The notes beneath the pieces were generated by a model. That model did no database searches. It had not been told where the DNA came from and saw nothing but the letters and a program-made list of their open reading frames with translations. 64,000 nt of DNA from an uncultured candidate division Zixibacteria bacterium (GTDB taxonomy: Bacteria > Zixibacteria > MSB-5A5 > GN15 > FEB-12), in assembly GCA_963806185.1 (NCBI GenBank), contig CAWDXE010000001.1, positions 608,001 to 672,000 on the forward strand, written 5' to 3'. Of this stretch, positions 33,062 through 42,839 are shown one piece after another (positions within the stretch are counted from its first letter, which is position 1; each line of letters opens with the position of its first letter). The position numbers and the translations under genes are program-made.

Positions 33062-33784
33062 ATGAGCAACCCAGCGAAAATCCTGGTCATTGATGACGAA
33101 ACGGCCATCCGCCGCTTCCTGCGGATCAGTCTCGAGGCCGAGGGCTTTCAAGTAATTGAGGCAACAAGCGGTAAGGAGGGTCTGGCAATGGCCGCCAGTC
33201 ACGTGCCGCAAGTGATCGTCCTCGACCTCGGATTGCCGGACATGGACGGCGGAGAAGTCTTGCACCAGCTTCGGGAGTGGACCGATATGCCGGTTATAAT
33301 TTTGACGGTCCGCGATGACGAGCGCACCAAGGTCGCGCTTCTCGATGCCGGAGCTGACGATTACTTGACAAAGCCTTTTGGTGTGCCGGAGCTGCTGGCG
33401 CGCGTTCGAGTGGCGTTGAGGCATCGCCAGCCCGAGGCGTCGAGCCCTGTGTTTCGGAATGGACGGCTGTGCATGGACTTTCCCGACCGTACGGTGACCG
33501 TGGACGGTGAGCCGGTGAAACTCACGGTCATAGAGTTTAACCTGTTGGCCCTGCTGGCGCGTAATGTCGGCAAGCTGGTAACGCAGAAACAGTTGTTGCG
33601 GGAGATTTGGGGGCCGGGGGCGACCGGACAGTCCCAGTATTTGCGAGTATACGTGGGCAATTTGCGTAAGAAGCTTGAGGTCGATCCAGCCCGACCAACA
33701 TTGTTATTGACCGAACCTGCAATCGGCTACCGGATGGCGATGCCTGACCAGGGGCCAGACAGTCTGACAGAGAAATCCCACTGA
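33062..33784 (+). CDS. kdpE: Response regulator KdpE
   Basis: ILVIDDE, LDLGLPD, GADDYLTKPF, YLRVYVGNLRKKLE. Confidence 0.95.
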   Translation: MSNPAKILVIDDETAIRRFLRISLEAEGFQVIEATSGKEGLAMAASHVPQVIVLDLGLPDMDGGEVLHQLREWTDMPVIILTVRDDERTKVALLDAGADDYLTKPFGVPELLARVRVALRHRQPEASSPVFRNGRLCMDFPDRTVTVDGEPVKLTVIEFNLLALLARNVGKLVTQKQLLREIWGPGATGQSQYLRVYVGNLRKKLEVDPARPTLLLTEPAIGYRMAMPDQGPDSLTEKSH

Positions 33785-33786
33785 GC

Positions 33787-33840
33787 TCAGGCTACGTTCC
33801 CCTCCATCCAGTTGCAGAACGCGTCTCGTAGACCCCGCCA
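33787..33840 (+). repeat. att-like repeat copy 1
   Basis: TCAGGC...CCAGTTGCAGAACGCGTCTCGTAGACCCCGCCA, starting 2 bp after the kdpE stop. Confidence 0.9.
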
Positions 33841-34103
33841 GTATCCTAATGCGTAGTTAGACATACGCTTCCACTTATCCGGACTGTTAAATACACGGAA
33901 CTCAATCCATCGAAATTGAGTCGCATATTGCATGCGCGCACAAGAAGCACAACGGCTATCAAGCGAAGCTCGCTAAAGCCATTATTATCTATTCCACGAC
34001 TCGTCTGACGACATACCGATAGCCGAAAATTGCTCTAGGGCTGGCTAATGTTCTAAATTAACCTGATTGAACCGTTGACCGATGACGTGGAAGGAATTTT
34101 CAG

Positions 34104-35117
34104 ATGTCGGAATTCTCAGTAGCTGAGAAGCAGTTACTAATCGGGGTCAGGAGCATCGTGCTCAGAAGGGAGTCACCCGATAGATCTGCACTTGATGATT
34201 TCGGGAAGCGATTCTTCGATGATGATCTTGTGGATTGGACCGAAGCCTACGGAAGCCTCATAGCAAAGGGTTGTCTTCAATTCGACAACGGTCTCTACTC
34301 CTTATCGGACGAGGCTGCCAAGCTGGCGGCGGGATTTCGCAGAGAGAAGATGAGTTTCGGCTTCGATGAATGGATGATCAAATCCTGTGAGTGCAAAGCC
34401 TACTCGCGTTTCTGTGAACTTGTATATGGCATCGATCTCTGCCAGTGCAGCATGGTCGATCGGGAACAATTGGATAAACTCATGGAAGTACTTGATCTGA
34501 CTCCCGCCAACAGAGTGCTTGATCTCGGTTGCGGAGTGGGCAAAATCACCGAATACGTATCCGATAAGACAGGAGCGAATATCACGGGCGTGGATTTCGC
34601 AAAGGGTGTTATTGATCGAGCGAACGAGCGGACCGCAATGAAACGGGACCGATTGTCTTTCTGCGCCAGTGATATGAATGAGCTTGACTTCCCTGCCAAT
34701 TCGTTCGACACAATCATAGCGTTGGATACACTCTACTTTGTTGATGATCTCGATGAGACGATAGCGGCTATGAAGAAGATCCTTGGTGCAGCTGGGCAGA
34801 TGGGAGTGTTTTACAGCCAAATCATCAAGCCGGATGACTCAAGAGATCTTCTCGATGCGGATTCCACCCGGCTCGCAAAGGCCTTGCACAATAGCGGGCT
34901 TTCATACAGGACGTGGTGTTTCACGGACAGCGAGCATGAGATTTGGTGCAAGGAAAAGAGAATAGCTGAGGAATTGAAAGCCGACTTTGAGAGCGAGGGA
35001 TACTTGGATTTGTGCGAAAGCCGGGCCAAGGAGGCGGAGCAGCTGCTCGGAATAATCAAAGATGGTCGAGAAAGCCGACACCTTTACCACATAAAACTCG
35101 CTAACGTCGAGAACTAA
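34104..35117 (+). CDS. Class I SAM-dependent methyltransferase
   Basis: VLDLGCGVG, ITGVDF, FPANSFDTII. Confidence 0.88.
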   Translation: MSEFSVAEKQLLIGVRSIVLRRESPDRSALDDFGKRFFDDDLVDWTEAYGSLIAKGCLQFDNGLYSLSDEAAKLAAGFRREKMSFGFDEWMIKSCECKAYSRFCELVYGIDLCQCSMVDREQLDKLMEVLDLTPANRVLDLGCGVGKITEYVSDKTGANITGVDFAKGVIDRANERTAMKRDRLSFCASDMNELDFPANSFDTIIALDTLYFVDDLDETIAAMKKILGAAGQMGVFYSQIIKPDDSRDLLDADSTRLAKALHNSGLSYRTWCFTDSEHEIWCKEKRIAEELKADFESEGYLDLCESRAKEAEQLLGIIKDGRESRHLYHIKLANVEN

Positions 35118-35347
35118 ACTTGTACACATAAGCTCATCGGTTTATTCGTGGTCCATTTCCCTCCAAGGGGACAACGGACGTGCTCCTATGCTGACATGTT
35201 TCTTCTACCGCTTGTTGGTCGTCGTGCTTGGCGAATGGTGCGAGACTTCCAACTTCGGTTGGACCTACCGATTGTGCGTATGGCAGAGTAGGAGGCTAAA
35301 CGGAGGGCCCGTGGCAGTCCAGGGAAAGTGCAATCGGGGCTGCTCAG

Positions 35348-35401
35348 TCACGCCGGATACTCGATGACCCAGTTGCGGAACGCGTCTCGTAGACCCCGCC
35401 A
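35348..35401 (+). repeat. att-like repeat copy 2
   Basis: TCACGCC...CCCAGTTGCGGAACGCGTCTCGTAGACCCCGCCA. Confidence 0.9.
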
Positions 35402-35723
35402 TTATCGTCGATCCATTTAAGCCATTGTAATCACCATTCATTCCTTACTATCGCCATCCATCTGTCTCTACTTTTGAGGCAACGCGAATCCCCAAGCAGT
35501 TCCTGCCATGCGACGGTTGTCAGCCGGCAAGGAACAATTACCAGCGGCGGTGAGAGACGAGATGTTCTGCTTTCTGGTTCTCGTTCAATTTTGATTGGAG
35601 ATTGTTGTGCATTACGGTCCCCTTCAACGTCCAGATATCCTGACAATACATTCCGGGCGCGCTCGTGGTGGGTGCCATGGCATCTCTTCACCGACGCGTC
35701 ATGTTTTCGTCACGGCTTCCGGC

Positions 35724-36977
35724 TTACGATTTGTCGAGGCTACGGATTTTCACATAGAGCGCAATCGCCAGTATGGTGATGAGAAGAGAAGAGATTCCGA
35801 GACCCCATCGGCGGAAATAGTATTCGCGGACAAGTGCTGCAGCGCCGGTTTGTACCGTTTTGGACTTTGCGAGGCCGTCAGTCGCATACGGAATCAAAGT
35901 GTCGAGGTTGAACGCATGGATAGACGACCGCATGTGAATCTCGACTTGGTCGGCATCCTTGAGGGCAAATTCGATATCGGTTACCATCATACCCCGCCTC
36001 GACGCTTCGTTGACCCTGGACCGCGATGAATCAATCGCGTTTGCCAGAGTCGCATAGAGTGTACTCATGCTGTCGATTTTTGCCGCCGCCGTTGTGCCAT
36101 CGCCGGCAGAGTGGCAGTTGCCGCAAAGTTGGCCGTCTCCCAGGCCTATGAGGGTCCTTGTCGGTGTGGTGATACCGTGATTGCTGTGGCACGTCTCGCA
36201 CATTGGCAAGCCCTGCGCCGCGAATGCCTCATAATGTGGTGATAACGCATACAGGTCGGCCTCGATCGCGTGACACATTCCACATACGGCCGATAAAGAA
36301 CTGGCCCCGGGTGGTGCTGCGCCGTGGTTCCCATGGCAATCGTTACAGACGGGCGCGCTCAGATCCATCTTCACGAATACTGCTTTGCCGTGAACTGATT
36401 TGCGGTAAAGCTCTTCCTGATCGGTAGGTATCCCGTATTCGGCCATGTAGTCGGCGTTGCTATGGCAGGCACCGCATGTAGAGGGAATGTTAGCCGGGTT
36501 CGTCGTCGAATAGGGCATGGCGGCGTCACCGATCTTGTGGGCCGTATGGCAGGAAACGCAGGTGGCCACCTTGGAATCGTTTTTCTGAAACAGCCGCTGG
36601 CCGTGAATCGAGGTCTTGTACTTGTCGAACTGATCAATCGGCAGTTTGGGGTTATGTTCGTGCATATAACGGGCGTCACCGTGGCAACGACTGCAAAACT
36701 CCGGTATTGCCGATCTTCCGGGCACACCCCGCCAGCCGGCGGAAGCTCGAACGGCGTCCATGTCATCCAGGGCGGGATTGCCGCCATGACAGTCGGAACA
36801 GTTCAGGCCTTTCTGGGCGTGGATATCGAGAGAGAAATCGTGCGCGGGTCCTTCGTCGCCTTCCAGCTCCAGGTGACAGATCACGCATTGACTCTGTCTG
36901 CTGCCCTGCGGCCAGACCGGTGCGGCCAGCGTGACGCAGAGAATTCCGCCCATGATGAAAAGCTTGCGGGACATCAT
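35724..36977 (-). CDS. Membrane-anchored multiheme cytochrome c (9 CxxCH)
   Basis: Signal peptide; CVICH, CSDCH, CSRCH, CVSCH, CGACH, CNDCH, CGMCH, CETCH, CGNCH; C-terminal TM. Start trimmed to overlap the cytochrome b stop. Confidence 0.9.
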   Translation of the reverse strand: MMSRKLFIMGGILCVTLAAPVWPQGSRQSQCVICHLELEGDEGPAHDFSLDIHAQKGLNCSDCHGGNPALDDMDAVRASAGWRGVPGRSAIPEFCSRCHGDARYMHEHNPKLPIDQFDKYKTSIHGQRLFQKNDSKVATCVSCHTAHKIGDAAMPYSTTNPANIPSTCGACHSNADYMAEYGIPTDQEELYRKSVHGKAVFVKMDLSAPVCNDCHGNHGAAPPGASSLSAVCGMCHAIEADLYALSPHYEAFAAQGLPMCETCHSNHGITTPTRTLIGLGDGQLCGNCHSAGDGTTAAAKIDSMSTLYATLANAIDSSRSRVNEASRRGMMVTDIEFALKDADQVEIHMRSSIHAFNLDTLIPYATDGLAKSKTVQTGAAALVREYYFRRWGLGISSLLITILAIALYVKIRSLDKS

Positions 36978-38098
36978 TTGATCCAATACCCCACCAAGGT
37001 CATGACTACTATGAACGCCACCACGAAAACTCCGAAACTCATCCACCGTCGTGACGGCTCGTTGCGACTGGACCGCTTGTCCAGGAAGGGGACAAGAAGC
37101 CAGAGCAAACCGCCGAGCGACATGAGCAACATGCCGAACTGTTCGCCTTCGAGAAACAGGACTTTGGCCGGTAACAGCTTCAATGCCTGAAAAGCAAACA
37201 TGAAGTACCACTCCGGACGAATCACATCCGGTGGAGGCGCGAAGGGATCGGCCTTGTTACCGAGCGGCCAGTGAAAGACGCCAACGCCATCCGGAAACAC
37301 GACCGCAAGCAGCGCGAGGACGTTCAGCGCAACTAACCAGAGCAGAAGGTCGCGGTACAGGAAATTCGGAAAGAACTTCATGTACTTCTTCTTATCAGTC
37401 GCTTTATTCTCCCAGCCGATCGGCTCGCTCATTCCCTGACGCTGGACAAACAGCAGATGGATCGCGAGAACGGCGGTGAAGAGTGCCGGAAGAATGGCCA
37501 CGTGCAGTCCGAAAAAGCGGCCAATGGTCGCCCCGGTTACTTCCTCTCCTCCCCGCAGGATTACGAGCAAGTACTGACCAACGAATGGAATGGCGTGCAT
37601 CATTCCCGTTCCGACCCGGGTTGCGAAATATGACAGTTCGTTCCACGGTAGCAGATACCCGGAGAATCCAAAAGTGAGAGCAAGGCCGAGCAGGGCGATG
37701 CCGCTAAACCAGGTCAATTCTCTGGGAGGGCGATACGCCCGAGTAAAGAACACTGTGAACATATGAAGGAACGCCACGAAGATCATCAGATTCGCCGACC
37801 ATGAATGCAGAGAGCGAATTAACCAGCCGAAGCTGACCTCACTGATGATAAACTTCACCGATTCGTATGCCGAGTCCGCCCCCGGGCGGTAATACATCAG
37901 CAGGAGAATGCCGGTGCCGACCTGAATCAAGAACAGGAATATCGTCAGGCCGCCCAGATAGTAGAAGATTGAATGCCCGTGTACGGGCACAGTCTTATGG
38001 TCCATGTATTGGACCAAATCCTGAATCTTCAGGCGCTCGTCAAGCCAGGAGAATAGTCGTTGACGGCGGCCCGACGGCGCACTGGCTGGCGCAGCCAT
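36974..38098 (-). CDS. Cytochrome b subunit of a Rieske/cytb complex (b6 and subunit IV fused)
   Basis: GWLIRSLHSWSAN, LHM, GYLLPW, RFFGLH...IH, PEWY. Confidence 0.93.
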   Translation of the reverse strand: MAAPASAPSGRRQRLFSWLDERLKIQDLVQYMDHKTVPVHGHSIFYYLGGLTIFLFLIQVGTGILLLMYYRPGADSAYESVKFIISEVSFGWLIRSLHSWSANLMIFVAFLHMFTVFFTRAYRPPRELTWFSGIALLGLALTFGFSGYLLPWNELSYFATRVGTGMMHAIPFVGQYLLVILRGGEEVTGATIGRFFGLHVAILPALFTAVLAIHLLFVQRQGMSEPIGWENKATDKKKYMKFFPNFLYRDLLLWLVALNVLALLAVVFPDGVGVFHWPLGNKADPFAPPPDVIRPEWYFMFAFQALKLLPAKVLFLEGEQFGMLLMSLGGLLWLLVPFLDKRSSRNEPSRRWMSFGVFVVAFIVVMTLVGYWIK

Positions 38099-38574
38099 CA
38101 GACAGGTTCCTTCGACACAAAGATTTCGGCACCTACTTCGTTCACCAGAAACACCTCCAAGGGCCGGGGTGGCGGCCCCGAGATATTTTTACCGTCAAGA
38201 CTATACCGACCATTGTGGCATGCACACCAGAGGACGCCTTCTTCGGGGCGATTCTGCACGGTGCAGTCGAGGTGGGTACACTGAGCCGAGAGTGCGCGAA
38301 GTTCGCCATTCGGCGTTAGAATGATGATGCCGAGCTTCTGTCCAAAGCGAAACGTTTTGGCACGTTTTGCCTCGGCCTCGATATCCTTTCGGCCAAACGG
38401 AAGTTTAACTTGATTGACTCTTGCTTCGCCCGAGGTAGGCGGGAGTAGGAAACGTATGGTCGGGTAAAGAATGGATGCTGATACGGCAATAGCGAAGAAG
38501 CCGATAAGACGATCAAGAAACCCGCGTCTCGTCAACCGTTCATTTGGGCTGTCGTTTGGCGCTGTCAAATGCAT
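38098..38574 (-). CDS. Rieske 2Fe-2S protein with Tat signal
   Basis: TRRGFL, CTHLDC, CACHNGRY, GPPPRPL. Confidence 0.93.
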   Translation of the reverse strand: MHLTAPNDSPNERLTRRGFLDRLIGFFAIAVSASILYPTIRFLLPPTSGEARVNQVKLPFGRKDIEAEAKRAKTFRFGQKLGIIILTPNGELRALSAQCTHLDCTVQNRPEEGVLWCACHNGRYSLDGKNISGPPPRPLEVFLVNEVGAEIFVSKEPV

Positions 38575-39455
38575 ACACAGATGGTGCGATCTCTTCCCGG
38601 TTGTCGAGCAATTCAGCGTGCTCAGTGTCAGATGTTGACGCGATCATCCTCCGGTCTATCTTTTGGAGGTTCCTGCTGATCGTCTCCCGGGTCCTTCCGG
38701 CCTGAGATCATTCGTACGATGACCCACATGACCACGAACCCGAACAGGGCGATCGCTATCGGAGTTATCAAAGTTGCCAACGAATCCATAAACGCCTCCG
38801 CCGCCAAACACATGAGCGCAGTCTGTGAGACGTGTGACTACTATCCAAAACAACCGCGCGTTATGATTCTGGCTCAGAAGCAATCGACATGATGCAAAAC
38901 CCTGCTGACCCGGGAGATCCTGTAAGATCGGCGTCACACCTGCATACTGGGCCGCAAAATCAAAGGTCAGGATTTGAGAATGAAACCCCACAAGTATCCC
39001 TTGGGTCTCTGACCATCATGTCTAAGTCGATTCTCCCTCGGGAGTTCGATATGCCATTAATGTCGACATACAGAACCAAGTTTGTCAAGTTTTTTTTTCC
39101 AGCGCCTCGTCCTATGTCATTGCCCGCCCACACACACGCGGGCTATACATTGAGATGGCGGGCACTATGAAGGGAATGTGACGGAACTGTTACACTTGCC
39201 GTATGCTCCTTTTAGCGATTGGATTGATACCGGAGACCACGAATCTGAAGGATGATCTGAATCCAGATTTTAGAGTCTTGAGATGCGCGGGGGGACCGAA
39301 AGAAGCGACATCAAATCACTGATCGGTCAGCATTAGCCCAGCAGGATACACTGTCGGGTCGACTTGTCTTCAACCAGTGGGGTAGCGAACCCATTGTTGT
39401 AAAGTGGCTTATTGGTACCTCGAAGGTTTGATACGTCCGCCCGGGGGAGCCAACA

Positions 39456-39509
39456 CTAGGCCGAACTTTCAATTTCCTGGTTGCAGAACGCGTCTCGTAG
39501 ATTCTGAGT
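39456..39509 (+). repeat. att-like repeat copy 3 (right arm diverged)
   Basis: CTAGGCC...CCTGGTTGCAGAACGCGTCTCGTAGA. Confidence 0.82.
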
Positions 39510-39619
39510 ATAAATCAGAATAATACATTTTTGATATGCGACAGTGCCACGCTGGCCAACAGCGCCTCCAAAATCACGAACGATTTCCGCCATGAAAGGC
39601 TAGCTATCGGAGCACAGAC

Positions 39620-41410
39620 CTATTTCTGAACAAGGTTCATGGTGCCTCCCGTGCCAACACTAACGAGTTCGGCCAGCGCTTCTTCCAGCTTCGAGAGTCG
39701 GGCCTTTAGTGCCGCATTCTCGGCTTTCATCTGCTCTTTCTCCCTCTCCAACGTTTGGATGGCAATCATCATGACTCCGGCCATATCGCCGGAGTTAATG
39801 CTGACTGAGTCTCCTGACAGACCTACACAGTCGTGTCCGAAAGCGGCATAGAACTCCTGCGCGACAGGACCATAATGGCGGAACCGGGTTGGATCGTTCC
39901 CCTTGTAGTTCCAACTCGTCAGGCTCAGTCCGCGAATCTTTCGAAGGACTTCTCCACCGTCCACGGGCTGGAAGTTCTCCTTTTGATTTTTGTCCGAAGT
40001 GAAAGTGTAAGCCACTTGCCCCTCAATAACAGTGACAGACGAGTTCCCCAGCCGGATCTTGTTACTGGCGTTCACGTTGGCGTTGTAGCCGATCGCCGTG
40101 GCGTTAAACAAGGCGTCGCTCGCAACATCCGCTGAATAACCTACCGCAGTGTTTTGGCGGCCAGTAGCATTGGTCAGAAGCGCGTTACTGCCGCAGGCGG
40201 CGTTGGAATAGCCGGTTGTGTTGTTTTCAAGTGCGCTGCCCCCGTAGGCCGTGTTGCTGTTGCCGGTGCTGTTTCGATAGAGCGCAGATTGGCCGCTGGC
40301 AGTGTTGCCTCCGCCAACAGTGTTGAAATAGAGTGCCCGGTATCCACTGGCGGTATTTGCAGAGCCGCTGGTATTGGAATAAAGCACTTTAGTTCCGCTG
40401 GCAGAATTGTAGCTGCCGCTCGTGTCAGAGTAGAGCGCCCCCAGACCACTGGCTGTGTTGGAGCGGCCGGTCGTGTTGCTATTGAGCGCAAGTTCCCCGA
40501 TCGCGGTATTGCTATCGCCAGAAATGTTGTTCTCCATTGCGCCTAGCCCGGTCGCGGTATTGTAAGTGCCGGAGACATTGCTTCTGAGCGCGTATTCCCC
40601 GGTGGCTGTATTGCCGTCGCCGGTAGTGTTGTTCTGCAATGCACCGAGACCAGTAGCGGAGTTGTAGTTGCCACTGGTATTTTGGGCGAGCGCACTTGTA
40701 CCAATGGCAACATTGTTGTTTCCAATCGTATTGCTACGGAGCGCAAACTCCCCGCTGGCGGTGTTACCGTGGCCAGTGGTGTTGAGGTTGAGCGCATTGC
40801 TTCCGTTGGCAGTGTTGAAGTAGCCGGTAGTGTTGCTAGACAGCGCATTCGGCCCAGTACCAACGTTGTCAGTGCCGGTCATCGTCAGGTTCCCCGTGTT
40901 TAGACCTACGAAGACGTTGTTGGTGCCGAAATTGTGGAGGAACAGTGTACCTCCTTTAACAATATTGCCGGTTGTTGCCGCTGAAGAGTCGAGATTGATA
41001 TTCCCGCTGATGCTCCCACCGGACGATCCATCAATCGTACTGACTCGATACGCGAACGGCACCGTGACAAGGCTCGTGCGGGGACTTAGCTCCGGATCGG
41101 CTCCGACTCTGACACCCAGGTAGCGTTTCGTGCTGCTGAAGACGGTGTCGGTGACGGGCGTCACCGTTCCGAGCAGGACGGCAAAAAGTCCACCCGAAGT
41201 GGTAACAGACTGCGTTTCGGTCCACTTGCTTGTGCCGCCGATAGCAGCATTGTAGATCGTAAACACGACCGAGTAGCTTCCGTCCGGCACTGTCATGCCG
41301 CCGGCTGTGGTCAGGCGACCCTGATAGTTTAAGGAAGTCGGTGTGACGGAGTAGGCACTCGATATTGTCAACACCAGGAAGGCGCACAAAGAATTGATTG
41401 AATGTTTCAT
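39620..41410 (-). CDS. Secreted fibre-like protein with 14-aa repeats and C-terminal peptidase S74 chaperone domain
   Basis: Signal peptide; LNYQGRL; more than 15 NTxGxxNTAxGxxAL repeats; SDKNQKEN...HYGPVAQ; terminal coiled coil. Confidence 0.8.
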   Translation of the reverse strand: MKHSINSLCAFLVLTISSAYSVTPTSLNYQGRLTTAGGMTVPDGSYSVVFTIYNAAIGGTSKWTETQSVTTSGGLFAVLLGTVTPVTDTVFSSTKRYLGVRVGADPELSPRTSLVTVPFAYRVSTIDGSSGGSISGNINLDSSAATTGNIVKGGTLFLHNFGTNNVFVGLNTGNLTMTGTDNVGTGPNALSSNTTGYFNTANGSNALNLNTTGHGNTASGEFALRSNTIGNNNVAIGTSALAQNTSGNYNSATGLGALQNNTTGDGNTATGEYALRSNVSGTYNTATGLGAMENNISGDSNTAIGELALNSNTTGRSNTASGLGALYSDTSGSYNSASGTKVLYSNTSGSANTASGYRALYFNTVGGGNTASGQSALYRNSTGNSNTAYGGSALENNTTGYSNAACGSNALLTNATGRQNTAVGYSADVASDALFNATAIGYNANVNASNKIRLGNSSVTVIEGQVAYTFTSDKNQKENFQPVDGGEVLRKIRGLSLTSWNYKGNDPTRFRHYGPVAQEFYAAFGHDCVGLSGDSVSINSGDMAGVMMIAIQTLEREKEQMKAENAALKARLSKLEEALAELVSVGTGGTMNLVQK

Positions 41411-41694
41411 ACACTTAGGCCTTTATGAAAGTGAGCGGACTGAATTCAGCGTTGCGCGGACAAGTACTGCCCATATTATCCTCAATATAGTCGGATGCAC
41501 GAGCTTTCCTATGGAAATGAATTTGTGTCACCGGAAGAGCGGGTTAGCGTTGGCTCTGTGCATTGTAGCTTATCACGACCATGATTTTCGGCCGATTGGT
41601 AGGGCAACAATCCCGCTAAACGGCAATGTGCCTCGTGAAACGTATCGAACTCTCGAAGTTGAGACCAAACTGGCCGAGTCATAACGGCATCGCA

Positions 41695-41800
41695 AGAAAC
41701 GGTACTGCATTCGATGGTGAATCTGTCTCGGCAGGAGTCTACTTGTATCGCCTCACAGCTGGCAATGTTGCTGAGACAAAAAGAGGCTGTTGCTCAAGTA
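41695..41800 (+). pseudogene. Remnant of a FlgD-Ig/T9SS-type C-terminal domain
   Basis: DGESVSAGVYLYRLTAGNVAETK with no recognisable upstream gene body. Confidence 0.5.
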
Positions 41801-42028
41801 TGGGCTGGGCGACTGTGATACCAGAGGCAAGTTTGTCGCTCTGCCCTTCTCCATTCTGTGAAATGCCAACAATTCCGCATCTAATCCCACTGTTATCCAT
41901 CGTGGCCCACCAATTCGAGCACATTGTGAACGGATGGGAAACCGAAAAGTCATGGGTTCTGGACGATCAGAGAAGCCAGACTGGGTGCGGTCGTGCCAGG
42001 TCGCGCCAGACCGCACAACGTGACTTAG

Positions 42029-42081
42029 TCAGGCCGCATTTCGATAACCCAGTTTCGGAACGCGTCTCGTAGAGCCTGTTT
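42029..42081 (+). repeat. att-like repeat copy 4
   Basis: TCAGGCCGCATTTCGATAACCCAGTTTCGGAACGCGTCTCGTAGAGCC. Confidence 0.88.
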
Positions 42082-42208
42082 ATATCGCCACAGTTGATCC
42101 ATGGTGATACTTACGGCAAGACTTCAAGGTCTTCCCCCAATCATTCGATTTGGCTGACTTCATCCGACACGAATGTTCCCAGTCGGACAAATTGTGTTCC
42201 CGCAGGAT

Positions 42209-42751
42209 TCAATAAAGCGCCAGATTCACCGTAGCGTGGAGGGCTGTGAAGGAGTCACCTGTGGTGCCTCCATCTGTCAGATTTGCGCCGACCTCCATTT
42301 GGAAATGTCGGCCAAATTGATAGCCTCCGCCAACCGAGACTCCCACCCCTTCGAAGCCTACTCCTCCATATTCGCCGGTCAGTACTGCAAGGATTTCAAC
42401 GGTTGGTCCGCCAAAGACATAAAACGACCGACTGGTAGGGTTGGCATAATATCGAACGATCACTGAAGGTGCATTCCACATGAGAATGAGGTCGTTTGTT
42501 GGATGAATCGTAGAGTGACCGGAGTAAAGAACAAGCAGTTGATCCGAGATTCCCACGCCAATATCAAGTGTCGTCTCGATTCCATTCAGGTTTTGTTGGT
42601 CTGCTCCTATGTCGTGCGGAGACGTAATTGCTCCCCATCCGGCTCCGAATCCGAGATAAAAGCCCGTCCGTTTACCGTCAAACGCGGTCGCTGAGGAAAC
42701 GATCGTCAACAGAAATAGCATTCCGAGCGCGAATCGACCCTTTGGTATCAT
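42209..42751 (-). CDS. Small outer-membrane beta-barrel protein
   Basis: Signal peptide, GFYLGFGAG, GGGYQF, terminal aromatic residue (LALY). Confidence 0.65.
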   Translation of the reverse strand: MIPKGRFALGMLFLLTIVSSATAFDGKRTGFYLGFGAGWGAITSPHDIGADQQNLNGIETTLDIGVGISDQLLVLYSGHSTIHPTNDLILMWNAPSVIVRYYANPTSRSFYVFGGPTVEILAVLTGEYGGVGFEGVGVSVGGGYQFGRHFQMEVGANLTDGGTTGDSFTALHATVNLALY

Positions 42752-42839
42752 GATAAAATCCTTTCTTCACGCCAGTTCTTCCGTGGCGTCGGACACAGAT
42801 AACTCCAAGTCACATCTTCGCGCTCCGGCGGTTTATCAT

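Noticed and set aside
38523..38537. 15-nt match CGCGTCTCGTCAACC to the att core
   Set aside because: It lies inside the Rieske gene, where it encodes the Tat motif (LTRR), and it lacks the left arm; probably chance.
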